Positions 17,245 to 27,177 of a stretch of 43,002 bases of DNA are shown one piece after another. A program made the position numbers and the translations under genes. This DNA comes from Candidatus Magasanikbacteria bacterium RIFOXYC2_FULL_42_28 (GTDB lineage: Bacteria; Patescibacteriota; Patescibacteriia; Magasanikbacterales; GWA2-37-8), in assembly GCA_001784435.1 (NCBI GenBank), contig MFQZ01000007.1, forward strand, positions 137 through 43,138, written 5' to 3'. Every line of letters starts with the position of its first letter. The stretch's first letter is position 1. The notes beneath the pieces are model-generated. The model made no database searches, had not been told where the DNA came from, and saw only the letters and a list, made by a program, of their open reading frames with translations.

Positions 17245-19062
17245 TTATTTATACAACACCCCGCCCCATTCAATTACCGTAAAACCTTTTCTTGGCAACG
17301 CTGATAATTTTTGTTCCGGCCGATTCAACGGCGCCGACACCGCGCGATAATCCATTAAAACTCTGATAACTGTATCTGGTCGGGGCGACACAGACAACGG
17401 CGCGATTGAATTCATATCGGAGGTACCATAAAAAATGACAAAATAATACGGCGCGCTCTGCATGCGCGGCAACCAAAATTCTTTAAAGTCAAAAATTTCT
17501 TTTTGGTTTAATCCTTGCGCCGCCAACTTCTCATCCAAAAATTTACTAACATTTTCTTTTCTCACATTAAACCCTGCATTGGTTGGTTCGGCCTCGCCTG
17601 ATCCCAACCCTTCCCAAAATAAATACGGATATTTTGTGCCTGATTTTATTTCGGTTAACTGCCCGCTCGGCTCGGCCATAACTTCCCAGCCATCACCATA
17701 GTCCGGCTCGGACGCGGTTAATGTTGACAATTGTAATTGCACTTTTACTTTGGTGGTTTTTTCCGGATATAAATAAATTACCGGCTTGCCACATTCGGCC
17801 GTGGGTTGAAATTTATTTAATTGGAACATGATAAGTTGCCCAAACGAATCGCGCCAAAATACGGCCGGACGCGCGGCGATAAATTCATCATAACTGATAT
17901 TGCCTTCAACGCCGGGATAAAAAATACCCTCATAAAAAGTCTTAAGCAAACGATGATTACTATCTTTCAAACCATACACATAAATACCTTCTGTCGTCTT
18001 CCCCACTACTTGTAAATCCGCGGTCACATTTTCTTTCCCCTCTTTAATAATATTTACCGTCGGCTCGCCACAACCGCCAAACCCTAAATGTCGATAGCCC
18101 ATGATTGTTTTGCCGGTATCATCATAAACAACATTAATTAATCCGTCTTTATCTACAATCCCCGGGGTATACAAATATGTCCGCACCCTCAAATCCCTAC
18201 CCACAGAAACAACTACCGGGCGCCTGTCATCGCTCATATAAAAATCACCCCAGGGCGCGTTAGAATATATTTTTTTGTATGAATCTATCTTGTATAATTC
18301 ATCATTCATTTTTAATCCATTATATTTAAACACCCACCCATCTGACGGGTGTTTAATTTCTTCTGGATAACTTAAATATGAAAAAGTAAAATTACTATCG
18401 ATAGCCACCAAATTATGATCGGCGTCGTCCTCTAAATTAGCGTGGTAATTCCCCCAAAAATTATCTCCCGGCCTCACTTGATGCTTTGGTAAAAATATTA
18501 CCTGATTATTATACAAAACAAACATCGAAACCGGCTCATTGTTACACCCCATCTCATCAATGCAAGTGATATCCGCGTATACAACCGCGCCACGCTTACC
18601 ACCTACATTAAATAACCCGCCCAGATAATAATCGGTTGATCGATAGTTCGCGGTATCGGTTCCAACCACCCCTTCATCAACCTCAGTCCCAAAAAAACCT
18701 AATTTAACAATTTTTTTCGGTTTCATCCAGACGATTGATTCCTCGATATCATTCGGTAAATTAACCTCACGCATGGCCGTCTTTGTGTCCGCCTTTAAAT
18801 TAGTATTATTGTATGGTGTAAAATCAAAATCAATACCGGCCATATCAATTTTCTCGGCAATCGGCTGGCTGGAATCAGCTACTTCCGATGAAGAACTACT
18901 GGAATTAGCAACATTACTTGCTGTTGCCTCATCAAGCGTGGGCTCATCCAAATCAACAGTCGCCAATCTCTGGCCAACCGACACGGCCCAAACGACCACG
19001 GCAACACTAATCACCACTGCCAAAACCACGAATAAATGAAAAAGGGTAATTTTAGTTTTCAT
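17245..19062 (-). CDS. Membrane-anchored extracellular hypothetical protein with a conserved KPVIYLYP...EWGG C-terminal domain
   Basis: N-terminal TM helix, Ser-rich linker, motifs KPVIYLYP, YLFWEG and VIEWGG. Confidence 0.75.
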   Translation of the reverse strand: MKTKITLFHLFVVLAVVISVAVVVWAVSVGQRLATVDLDEPTLDEATASNVANSSSSSSEVADSSQPIAEKIDMAGIDFDFTPYNNTNLKADTKTAMREVNLPNDIEESIVWMKPKKIVKLGFFGTEVDEGVVGTDTANYRSTDYYLGGLFNVGGKRGAVVYADITCIDEMGCNNEPVSMFVLYNNQVIFLPKHQVRPGDNFWGNYHANLEDDADHNLVAIDSNFTFSYLSYPEEIKHPSDGWVFKYNGLKMNDELYKIDSYKKIYSNAPWGDFYMSDDRRPVVVSVGRDLRVRTYLYTPGIVDKDGLINVVYDDTGKTIMGYRHLGFGGCGEPTVNIIKEGKENVTADLQVVGKTTEGIYVYGLKDSNHRLLKTFYEGIFYPGVEGNISYDEFIAARPAVFWRDSFGQLIMFQLNKFQPTAECGKPVIYLYPEKTTKVKVQLQLSTLTASEPDYGDGWEVMAEPSGQLTEIKSGTKYPYLFWEGLGSGEAEPTNAGFNVRKENVSKFLDEKLAAQGLNQKEIFDFKEFWLPRMQSAPYYFVIFYGTSDMNSIAPLSVSPRPDTVIRVLMDYRAVSAPLNRPEQKLSALPRKGFTVIEWGGVLYK

Positions 19063-19192
19063 ACAATCAAATTATTGATTACTAAATATATCCTCAATAT
19101 TACTCGCTTGCCCGTCAAAAGTCAAACTCGCCAACCTTTACTTTTCCAACCAAAAACGCTACAATACTGACAAACATTTTACTAAAATCGCT

Positions 19193-20056
19193 ATGAACAA
19201 CCTTAATTTTTTAACTACCAATCCCAGCGCCGACTACGAACTGATTGATTCTGGTGATGGCGAAAAATTGGAACGATTTGGCGAGTATTTATTGCGCCGA
19301 CCCGACCCCCAGGCCTTGTGGCCAAAAAATCTGCCGGAGCGCGACTGGCAAAACGCGCATGCCTCTTTTCGACGCGATGGACTTAAAGGCGATTGGATAA
19401 TTAAACCCGGCGTGCCGGAACGTTGGCCGATAAAATTAGCGAGCTTATCATTTTGGATTCACCCCTCTTCTTTTAAACATACCGGACTATTTCCCGAACA
19501 AGCGCCCAATTGGGAATGGCTCCAAAAAATAATTAAAGGCGCGGGCCGACCGATTTCGGTTTTAAATTTATTCGGTTATACTGGTGGCGCGAGTTTGGCC
19601 GCGGCCAGTGCCGGCGCGTCGGTGTGCCATGTTGATGGTTCCAAAGTGGCGATTAAATGGGGGCGCGATAACGCCGAATTGTCTGGATTGGCACAAAAAC
19701 CAATTCGCTGGATTTTAGATGATGCTGCTAAATTTGTAATGCGAGAATTAAAACGCGGAAATAAATACGATGGCATAATTTTGGACCCACCCGCGTTTGG
19801 ACATGGGCCTAATAAAGAATTGTGGAAAATCGAAGATAGTTTATTGCCACTACTACGCGATTGCCGACAAATTATGTCTGACAAACCATTATTTTTCCTA
19901 CTAAACGGCTATGCCTCCGGCTATTCGGCTTTGGCCTATGCTAATAATTTACGCGGACTTTTCAAAACCGGCAATTTTGAACAAGGTGAACTAACTATCG
20001 CCGAAAAATCCGACCGGCCGTTGCCGTGTGGTATTTACGCGCGGTGGAACTCTTAA
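19193..20056 (+). CDS. Class I SAM-dependent methyltransferase (RlmI/K-related)
   Basis: Motifs YELIDSG.GEKLERFG, HTGLFPEQ, LNLFGYTG and ILDPP. Confidence 0.88.
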   Translation: MNNLNFLTTNPSADYELIDSGDGEKLERFGEYLLRRPDPQALWPKNLPERDWQNAHASFRRDGLKGDWIIKPGVPERWPIKLASLSFWIHPSSFKHTGLFPEQAPNWEWLQKIIKGAGRPISVLNLFGYTGGASLAAASAGASVCHVDGSKVAIKWGRDNAELSGLAQKPIRWILDDAAKFVMRELKRGNKYDGIILDPPAFGHGPNKELWKIEDSLLPLLRDCRQIMSDKPLFFLLNGYASGYSALAYANNLRGLFKTGNFEQGELTIAEKSDRPLPCGIYARWNS

Positions 20057-20058
20057 TT

Positions 20059-20715
20059 ATGACCATTCAAGTCATTTACGAAGACAATCACCTCGTCGCC
20101 GTTTTTAAACCGGCCGGTGTTTTGGTCCAAGGTGACGAAACTGGTGATAAATGTTTAATGGACGAGGTAAAAAAATATTTAAAAGAAAAATACCAAAAAC
20201 CCGGTAATGTTTTTTTGGGAATGTTGCATCGCTTGGACCGGCCGGTGTCGGGGATCGTGCTTTTTGCCAAAACCAGTAAAGGCGCATCGCGTTTGAGCGA
20301 ACAATTTCGCGCTCACACTATTACAAAAATATATACCGCGCTTGTGGAAGGCATACCGCGTGAAAAATCCGCCACCTTAGTCCACTACTTATTAAAAGAC
20401 AAAAACAAAAATATTGTCGAAGTTTTTGACAAACCAACCACCGGCGCTTTACGCGCGGAATTGAATTACCAAGTTATCAAACATTTTAACGGCCGAGCTT
20501 TGCTTGAAATTATTTTAAAAACCGGTCGTTCCCACCAAATCCGCTCCCAACTAAAAACAATCGGCTGTCCGATTGTTGGTGATGTGAAATATGGCGGGCC
20601 AAAATGGCAATATCCGAGCGAGATTGCGCTCTGTGCCACTGAACTGGCGTTCAAATTAGCCACCGGTGAAGAAACGCAAACGATTAAAATTGAACCACCG
20701 GAATCATGGTCTTAA
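20059..20715 (+). CDS. RluA-family RNA pseudouridine synthase
   Basis: Motifs KPAG, HRLDRPVSG, TGR.HQIR and PIVGD.KYG. Confidence 0.93.
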   Translation: MTIQVIYEDNHLVAVFKPAGVLVQGDETGDKCLMDEVKKYLKEKYQKPGNVFLGMLHRLDRPVSGIVLFAKTSKGASRLSEQFRAHTITKIYTALVEGIPREKSATLVHYLLKDKNKNIVEVFDKPTTGALRAELNYQVIKHFNGRALLEIILKTGRSHQIRSQLKTIGCPIVGDVKYGGPKWQYPSEIALCATELAFKLATGEETQTIKIEPPESWS

Positions 20716-21276
20716 CAATTCCCCAACCAACTCTCCGACGCCAATTTTCTTCTCGGCAGAATAAGGAATAATTTTATACTTGCTAAAAGTATTTTTTATT
20801 TTTTGTATTTTCTCTTCGTACTCTGATTTTTTTATTTTATCGATTTTATTGGCCACGATAACAATATCGTGTTTGGCTTCTTCCAAACATTTAAACATTT
20901 CTTTATCAGCGACCGTCGGGCCGACAAACGCGTCCACTATCAAAACCACTTTTTTAAATTTATAATTGGAAGTAAATAAAAACCAATCAATCATTTTTTG
21001 AATTCGATGCCAGACCTCGGGCGGAACTTTGGCAAACCCATAGCCCGGCACATCTACCAAATAAAAAGATTTGTTAATCAAAAAAATATTAATTTCTTGC
21101 GTACGCCCGGGCGTGGAACTTACCCGCACTAAACTTTTTTGGTTGGCCAAAGAATTGATCACACTGGATTTACCAACATTAGACCGCCCAATAAAAACAA
21201 TTTGAGGAATACCTTTCTCAAAAATTTCATCCGTGCCGATAACACCTTTAACAAATGTCGCGGATTTAATCATCAT
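20704..21276 (-). CDS. engB: Ribosome biogenesis GTPase YihA/YsxC
   Basis: Motifs GRSNVGKSS, TPGRT, DVPGYG and NKID. Confidence 0.95.
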   Translation of the reverse strand: MMIKSATFVKGVIGTDEIFEKGIPQIVFIGRSNVGKSSVINSLANQKSLVRVSSTPGRTQEINIFLINKSFYLVDVPGYGFAKVPPEVWHRIQKMIDWFLFTSNYKFKKVVLIVDAFVGPTVADKEMFKCLEEAKHDIVIVANKIDKIKKSEYEEKIQKIKNTFSKYKIIPYSAEKKIGVGELVGELLRP

Positions 21277-21324
21277 ATGATGGCATACTACTTGATAATT
21301 GCCGAAAAGTCAATGTTCATGCAT

Positions 21325-21358
21325 AAAAAAATCTCTCCGAAGTGGAGAGATTTTTTTT
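21325..21358. terminator. Intrinsic terminator (symmetric)
   Basis: AAAAAAATCTCTCC-GAAGT-GGAGAGATTTTTTT. Confidence 0.8.
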
Positions 21359-21360
21359 AG

Positions 21361-21423
21361 CTATTTCTTTTTTTGGCTTGGTTTTTTTACTTTCCTCTGC
21401 TGACGATTATTGCCTTTAGCCAT
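21361..21423 (-). CDS. Putative 20-aa basic peptide MAKGNNRQQRKVKKPSQKKK
   Basis: ATG-to-TAG ORF between an extended -10 (TGTTATAAT, about 21454-21462) and a strong terminator. Confidence 0.55.
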   Translation of the reverse strand: MAKGNNRQQRKVKKPSQKKK

Positions 21424-21485
21424 ACTTTTAAATTTATGAATTAACTTGTATTTATTATAACACAATTTTTCAATTATGATAATAG

Positions 21486-23321
21486 TTACTTTTTATTTCG
21501 CTCCCGCTTTGGCACTTTTTCATTTATTTTAGATGCCAAACCGCGCTTCTCACAGTAATATTTTACCGCTTCCGTAAAAATTTTACCATAGCGCGCCAAT
21601 TTAATATCACCAAAGCCGGAAATTTTCCGCGTCTCTTCCAAAGTTTGGGGTAAATAGGTGGCTAATTCCAATAAAGTGGCATCGGAAAAAACCAAATAGG
21701 CCGGCACATTTTCCTTTTGCGCCAAATCGGTGCGGACGGTTTTTAAATAATCAAGCAAGGGCTTTTCATGCGGTAAATCTTCCAAAACCACCCTAATCTT
21801 TTCGGCCGCTTTAACCAAAGATACTTTTTCCGTCCCCGCCAAAACCGCCCGGCTTTTTTCCGTTAACATTAAAATCGGATATTCGCTCCCCACTTGTTTT
21901 AAAAAATTAAAAGAAATAAAATCTTTAAAATAACGATACCAATCTTCTTTGGAAATATCCGCGCCAATACCATAAGTTTTTAACGCTTTGTGATGAGTGT
22001 GAATTTTTTCTGATTTGGAACCGCGCAAAAAATCCACCACATAGGTAAGCCCATACCGGCTTTCTAACCGCGCCACGGCCGACAGCGCTTTTTGCGCGAT
22101 AATCGTGCCATCAAACTGCTCGCGGGTGGTTAAACAAATATCGCAATTGCCACACTGACTATCGGCCTCTTCATCAAAATAATTTAAAATCGCTTTACGC
22201 CGACAAGCGTTGGCCTCGCATAAATCCGCCATTTGCGATAATTTTCGCAACATCACTCGTGTTTGTTCCGGGTTATTTTCTACCAACGCGAAATTTTTTA
22301 ATTTATTCACATCGCCTCCGCTAAAATACAAAATCGCGTCGCTCTTTAATCCATCCCGTCCGGCGCGTCCGGTCTCTTGATAATAACTTTCAATATTTTT
22401 CGGCAAATCGGCGTGAATGACAAACCGCACATTGGATTTATTTATTCCCATCCCAAACGCGATCGTCGCGACGATAATTTTCACGCCATCGCGAATAAAT
22501 AACTCCTGATTTTTTCGGCGTTTTTCACCGGCTAAACCGGCGTGATAGGGCTTGGCCGAAAAACCATCCGCGGTTAATTTATCCGCCAATTTTTCCGCGG
22601 AATTACGCGACAAAACATAAATAATTCCCGAATCATCGCGGTGTCTTTTTAAATAAGCAATAATTTGTTCATACATTTTCCGTTTGGGCTCCACGGTGTA
22701 GCGAATATTCGGACGATTAAAACTGGCGACAAAAATACTTGGAGTTTTTAACTGTAATTTGTTTAAAATATCCGCGCGCGTTAATTTGTCCGCTGTCGCT
22801 GTCAAAGCAATAGTCGGCACCGCCGGGAACATCCGTTTCAAGGATGATAACATTCTATATTCCGGTCGAAAATCATGCCCCCAATGCGAAATACAATGCG
22901 CCTCGTCAATCGCAAACAAAGAAATTTCCAACTCCCGCAAAAAAACCATAAACTGCTGATTGTTGCCCAAAAGTCGCTCGGGCGAAATATACAGTAATTT
23001 AATTTCATTATTTTTTAATTGCTCGTAAATATTAGCCACTTCCGGCGGAGTTAACGATGAGTTTAAATAAGCCGCCTTAATGCCATTTAAGCGCAAAGCG
23101 TCCACCTGATCTTTCATTAAAGCGATGAGAGGCGAAACCACCACCGTTACGCCCGGAAATAGTAGCGCCGGAATTTGATAACACAGCGACTTGCCCCCGC
23201 CGGTAGGCATCAAAACAAACACATCACGTTTTTGCATGATGGTTTTAATTATTTCCTCTTGATTAAACCGAAATTCTTCGTAGCCGAATTTGGTTTTTAG
23301 GATTTGGGCGGGAAAAGACAT
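21486..23321 (-). CDS. recQ: ATP-dependent DNA helicase RecQ
   Basis: Motifs [26 protein letters not shown], Zn-binding CRR...C..CD.C, then RQC and HRDC domains. Confidence 0.97.
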   Translation of the reverse strand: MSFPAQILKTKFGYEEFRFNQEEIIKTIMQKRDVFVLMPTGGGKSLCYQIPALLFPGVTVVVSPLIALMKDQVDALRLNGIKAAYLNSSLTPPEVANIYEQLKNNEIKLLYISPERLLGNNQQFMVFLRELEISLFAIDEAHCISHWGHDFRPEYRMLSSLKRMFPAVPTIALTATADKLTRADILNKLQLKTPSIFVASFNRPNIRYTVEPKRKMYEQIIAYLKRHRDDSGIIYVLSRNSAEKLADKLTADGFSAKPYHAGLAGEKRRKNQELFIRDGVKIIVATIAFGMGINKSNVRFVIHADLPKNIESYYQETGRAGRDGLKSDAILYFSGGDVNKLKNFALVENNPEQTRVMLRKLSQMADLCEANACRRKAILNYFDEEADSQCGNCDICLTTREQFDGTIIAQKALSAVARLESRYGLTYVVDFLRGSKSEKIHTHHKALKTYGIGADISKEDWYRYFKDFISFNFLKQVGSEYPILMLTEKSRAVLAGTEKVSLVKAAEKIRVVLEDLPHEKPLLDYLKTVRTDLAQKENVPAYLVFSDATLLELATYLPQTLEETRKISGFGDIKLARYGKIFTEAVKYYCEKRGLASKINEKVPKRERNKK

Positions 23322-23331
23322 TTAATTTCCA

Positions 23332-24159
23332 TTATTTTTTACCAAAAACTTCTCGGTCGTAAAATTCCTTAAACAGCTTGCCAACTAAACGAGTTTTTTC
23401 AAAATTAGTTTCAAAAATGATGTTATCTATTTGTCTCACCGGCATTACGTTCATTGAGGTGCTGGAAATAAAAATTTCGTCAAAATCTTTTATACCTTTC
23501 AAAGTAATATCCGCTTCTTTAATTTCAAAATAATTGGTAGCAACCTCTAAAATAATTTTTCGAGCGATACCGCCTAAAATTTTATCAGCCGGCGGAGTAA
23601 AAATAGTTTTATTTTTGATGGCAAAAAAATTCGTGCGTGTGCCTTCCAAAATATTGCCGTGACGGTCAACAAGTATGGCGTCCAAAGCGTCCTGACGCTT
23701 AGCCTCGCGATAAGCCATAAAACTCATTAATAAATCTTTGGTTTTTGACTGTGGCACGCGTCTTTCCCCTTGATAAGTAATAACTTTAACGCCTTGTTTA
23801 TAAAACTTATCCGGATAAAAAGTCAGGCCACCCACTGAAAATATAAATAATTTTTCTCCCCCCTTATTATCGGGGTCGCCAACCAAAACAATCCGCAACA
23901 GCGCGTCTTTCAAATTATCAGCCGCTGCTAATTGCCCGAGCCACTGCCCCACCTCATCTTGTTTAAATTTGTGTTCCAAACCAATTAAACGCGCCGACTC
24001 AAACAACCGTTCCACATGATACTCTGGAAAAAATATTTTCCCTTGCACCACTTTTAGAGAAGAATACACCGCAAAATCAAAAAAATATCCTTTGTCAGCA
24101 ATGGATATTTTTGCTTCGCTTTCGTCAATGAGTTGACCATTTAAAATTGCCTTGGGCAT
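23332..24159 (-). CDS. Class IV PLP aminotransferase (IlvE/PabC/Dat-like)
   Basis: Motifs H..RL..SA, EGT..N.F and ILGGI.R. Start moved to MPKAILNG because the upstream extension runs through a tRNA-linked element. Confidence 0.85.
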   Translation of the reverse strand: MPKAILNGQLIDESEAKISIADKGYFFDFAVYSSLKVVQGKIFFPEYHVERLFESARLIGLEHKFKQDEVGQWLGQLAAADNLKDALLRIVLVGDPDNKGGEKLFIFSVGGLTFYPDKFYKQGVKVITYQGERRVPQSKTKDLLMSFMAYREAKRQDALDAILVDRHGNILEGTRTNFFAIKNKTIFTPPADKILGGIARKIILEVATNYFEIKEADITLKGIKDFDEIFISSTSMNVMPVRQIDNIIFETNFEKTRLVGKLFKEFYDREVFGKK

Positions 24160-24162
24160 AAC

Positions 24163-24222
24163 GCGGAGAGGGTGAGATTTACCCCTACACTTCGCTTCGG
24201 GGCATAAACTTCGAATCCTTAC
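24163..24222 (-). mobile_element. tRNA-linked mini-element type I with a duplicated tRNA-Ser 3' end
   Basis: 17-nt direct repeat gcggagagggtgagatt (24163-24179 = 24273-24289); its 44-nt core matches 42101-42144 at 40/44 positions. Confidence 0.7.
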
Positions 24223-24273
24223 GCACTTCATATAGTAAAATTACCCCAACTGCGTTGGGCTAATTTTACTATG

Positions 24274-24361
24274 CGGAGAGGGTGAGATTCGAACTCACGA
24301 GGCCATTTCTGGCCTACCGCATTTCGAGTGCGGCGCAATAGACCAACTATGCGACCTCTCC
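24274..24361 (-). tRNA. tRNA-Ser(CGA)
   Basis: GGAGAGG...CCGCA-CTCGAAA-TGCGG, long variable arm, GTGAGTTCGAATCTCAC CCTCTCCG. Confidence 0.95.
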
Positions 24362-24484
24362 ATTTTTTATTTTATGTCTAAATTCTACCCAATTTTGGCC
24401 GAAAAGTCAATCTTAAACTGAAAAAACGACTAAAAACAACCCGGGCGACCAAAGTCGCTTGACAAGGATTGGCAACCTGTGATA

Positions 24485-24508
24485 ACATATCAATATAACT
24501 TGATATGT
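24485..24508 (+). promoter_or_regulatory. ArsR-type operator palindrome
   Basis: ACATATCAA-TATAAC-TTGATATGT directly upstream of the ArsR-family gene; TTGACA at 24459-24464. Confidence 0.7.
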
Positions 24509-24513
24509 TTTTT

Positions 24514-24798
24514 ATGAAAAGCAAACAAAAAAATAATTTACTAAAAATTTTAAAAACCTTGGCCGACAACACTCGTTTTGACATCACCCTGCTTTTGGCG
24601 ACCGGCGAAAAATGCGTTTGTAAGATATTTGAAAAATTAAAACTTCCCCAAAACCTGGTGTCGCACCATTTGGGGATTATGCGACAAAATGGTCTGATTG
24701 TGAACCGCCGAGATGGCAAATGGGTCCATTATTCGCTTAATAAAAAATATTTGAGAGAAATACAAAAATTATTAACAAAAATCGGAAACAAAATATGA
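24514..24798 (+). CDS. ArsR/SmtB-family metalloregulator
   Basis: Motifs LAD.TR, EKCVC, SHHL and R.G.WV.YSL. Confidence 0.92.
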   Translation: MKSKQKNNLLKILKTLADNTRFDITLLLATGEKCVCKIFEKLKLPQNLVSHHLGIMRQNGLIVNRRDGKWVHYSLNKKYLREIQKLLTKIGNKI

Positions 24799-25748
24799 TT
24801 CAGCAATTTGCTAATTGGTTAACATATTCACTTGGTAATCTTGACCCGGCCTCCCCGATCGGCAGTAGCGTCAATTTTTTTGTTTATGACACGATTAAAA
24901 TATATTTGTTAGTGCTATCGGTTATCACAGCCATCGCTTTTATCCGCACCTACCTGCCTCCACGCAAAATCAAAGAATTATTCGCCAAACAAAAATATGG
25001 CGCGGGTAATTTTTCAGCCGCGCTTTTGGGAGCGGTAACGCCTTTTTGCTCCTGCTCATCCATTCCGATTTTTGTCGGTTTTTTGAAAGCGGAAATACCA
25101 CTCGGAGTCGCTTTCTCTTTCATGATAACCTCGCCCTTGGTCAATGAAGTGGTTTTTGTTTTAATGGGCGGAACATTTGGCTGGAAAATCGCCACGCTTT
25201 ACGCTCTGTCCGGAATTATTTTGGGAATAATCACCGGAATGATTATGGGAAAAATGAAATTGGAAAATGAAATAATTTTAAAATTAAACGATCGCGCCGG
25301 CAAAGACTTGTCATTGGAATATTTGCCAAAAAGTTTGGAAGATAAAATTCAATATTCGTTAAAAGAAGGATTGGCCACTTTTAAAAAACTTTGGCTGGTA
25401 ATCGCTATCGGCGTAGGAATAGGCGCGGTCATTCACGGCTATGTACCAGCAGAATTTTTTAAACAATACTTAAACATCAACTCGCTCTTGGCCGTTCCTG
25501 TCGCCACTTTAATCGGCATACCAATCTATGCCAGCTGTTCCACACTCGTACCAATTGTCTTCGCGCTAACCGCCCAAGGCATCCCGCTTGGCACCGCACT
25601 GGCTTTTATGATGGCCATCGCCGCGCTCTCATTGCCGGAAGCGATTATGCTAAAAAAAGTTATGACCATGAAACTGCTGGTAATGTTCTTCGGCACCGTG
25701 GCGGTCGGTATTATGATAATCGGATATTTATTTAATTTTTTGAATTAA
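24795..25748 (+). CDS. ArsP/DUF318-family permease
   Basis: Motifs TPFCSCSSIP and LSLPE; in an operon with the ArsR-family gene. Confidence 0.88.
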   Translation: MIQQFANWLTYSLGNLDPASPIGSSVNFFVYDTIKIYLLVLSVITAIAFIRTYLPPRKIKELFAKQKYGAGNFSAALLGAVTPFCSCSSIPIFVGFLKAEIPLGVAFSFMITSPLVNEVVFVLMGGTFGWKIATLYALSGIILGIITGMIMGKMKLENEIILKLNDRAGKDLSLEYLPKSLEDKIQYSLKEGLATFKKLWLVIAIGVGIGAVIHGYVPAEFFKQYLNINSLLAVPVATLIGIPIYASCSTLVPIVFALTAQGIPLGTALAFMMAIAALSLPEAIMLKKVMTMKLLVMFFGTVAVGIMIIGYLFNFLN

Positions 25749-25772
25749 AAATCTTCCGAATGATTCTATGAC

Positions 25773-25895
25773 GCGGAGAGGATGAGCGCTTCGCTATTCG
25801 AAGTCGCTTCGCTCTCACGAAAACCTTCGGGTTTTCATGAGCTTTCCTCGACAAGAGAAAACTCCCGTTTTCTCCCTTTCCCATTCGAATCTCAT
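25773..25895 (-). mobile_element. tRNA-linked mini-element type II with a duplicated tRNA-Ser 3' end
   Basis: gcggagaggatgag (13/14 match to the tRNA-Ser end) plus a multi-hairpin core homologous to 41868-42031. Confidence 0.7.
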
Positions 25896-25922
25896 ACGCG
25901 AGCCAAACTATTAGCTCGCTCC

Positions 25923-26053
25923 GCGGTGAGGGTGAGATTCGAACTCACGGTACCTTGCGGTACGACAGTTTTTCACCCTGCGGGTGACCACCCGAAGGGT
26001 GGCAAGACTGCTGCCTTTCAGCCCAAGGATGACCCGCCTCGGGCGGAAAACCA
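25923..26053 (-). pseudogene. Degenerate partial copy of tRNA-Ser(TGA) with two 30-bp hairpin insertions
   Basis: Colinear with 26074-26144 except for inserts at 25973-26002 and 26018-26047 and two substitutions; the 5' end is missing. Confidence 0.85.
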
Positions 26054-26074
26054 TCTATATAAATTAATCCTGAG

Positions 26075-26159
26075 CGGAGAGGGTGAGATTCGAACTCACG
26101 GTACCTTGCGGTACGACAGTTTTCAAGACTGTTGCCTTAAACCACTCGGCCACCTCTCC
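26075..26159 (-). tRNA. tRNA-Ser(TGA)
   Basis: GGAGAGGTGGCCGAGTGGTTTAAGGCAACAGTCTTGAAAACTGTCGTACCGCAAGGTACCGTGAGTTCGAATCTCACCCTCTCCG. Confidence 0.95.
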
Positions 26160-26207
26160 ATATTTGCAAAGGGGATTTTACTACAAAACCTTAAAAAAAT
26201 CAACTAT

Positions 26208-26957
26208 TTAATCCCTGCGCTTAGCCACGCGCGTTATCTGCCACAATGTTTCAAATAAATTATTTTGCGTAGCGAAAAACTCCTGCGATTCAATTATCAT
26301 CCCAAAATTTTCCTGTTGCGTGCCAATCAAACCAACTTTATTATCATACAAATAAATCGTCATGGGAAAAACCATCCCCTCCGGCGCGTAATGCAACTCG
26401 CGATTTTCGCTCTTGCTAAACGGCCAGGACTCTTCCACTTCTTTGACGGCCGAACGAATAACTTCTAATTTTATTCCCGCCCCGATACGGCGCTTCACAT
26501 AATCATCCATATATTTTTTGCCGGGCATTTCATATAAATCACGCATCGATAAAATTCCGCGCAATAATTTATTTTTTACGGTCAAAGTATCTTCAAAAAC
26601 TGTCTTCACCCCTTCCACTCCTTCATAAAATTTCACTTTTGGCTTGTCACCCACCAAATTAGTAAGTAAATCCAATTCCGGCAAAATTTTTTCCAACCGG
26701 CGTTCTTTTTCTTGTATCAATACTTTTAATTTTGTTGGCGACTCGGCGGTATAAATCCGCGTTCTAACTTTTGTCATAAAAGAAATCAAACCCAAACCAA
26801 CTAACTGCTGTAAAATTTCGTGAGTGGTGGTGCGCGGCAACTGGGCGCGCTTGGCAATATCGGCAGCCGTGGCCGGGCCTGCTTCCAAAGCGGACAAATA
26901 AACCACACCTTTATTTCTAGGCAAACCCAAATCCTTTAAGACAGATTCAATTGACAT
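26208..26957 (-). CDS. TrmB-family HTH transcriptional regulator
   Basis: N-terminal LGL....VY..LE.G.....IAK...LPRTT wHTH and the P.V.FYEG.EG motif. Confidence 0.88.
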   Translation of the reverse strand: MSIESVLKDLGLPRNKGVVYLSALEAGPATAADIAKRAQLPRTTTHEILQQLVGLGLISFMTKVRTRIYTAESPTKLKVLIQEKERRLEKILPELDLLTNLVGDKPKVKFYEGVEGVKTVFEDTLTVKNKLLRGILSMRDLYEMPGKKYMDDYVKRRIGAGIKLEVIRSAVKEVEESWPFSKSENRELHYAPEGMVFPMTIYLYDNKVGLIGTQQENFGMIIESQEFFATQNNLFETLWQITRVAKRRD

Positions 26958-26978
26958 ATTTTATTAATTATTAGAAGT

Positions 26979-26998
26979 TTGTCGGCTATTTCCGACAA
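26979..26998. promoter_or_regulatory. Palindromic operator candidate for the TrmB-family protein
   Basis: TTGTCGG-CTATTT-CCGACAA just upstream of the regulator start, in the divergent intergenic region. Confidence 0.55.
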
Positions 26999-27177
26999 CA
27001 AATATAGTATAACATATTGGCTAAAATAAGTCAAATTTATTAAAATACGGTGTAAAATTTTATAATTATTAACGGATAATATTGACGAATGTAAAGAAAA
27101 GTGATAAAATGACATGTTTAGAATAAGAAACTAAACACTTGTTCTTTTCAACCAACAACTAACAACAGGAGGCCAAA

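Noticed and set aside
24160-24231. N-terminal extension of the aminotransferase given by the ORF track
   Set aside because: It runs through the type I element and duplicated tRNA end; family-like sequence starts at MPKAILNG.
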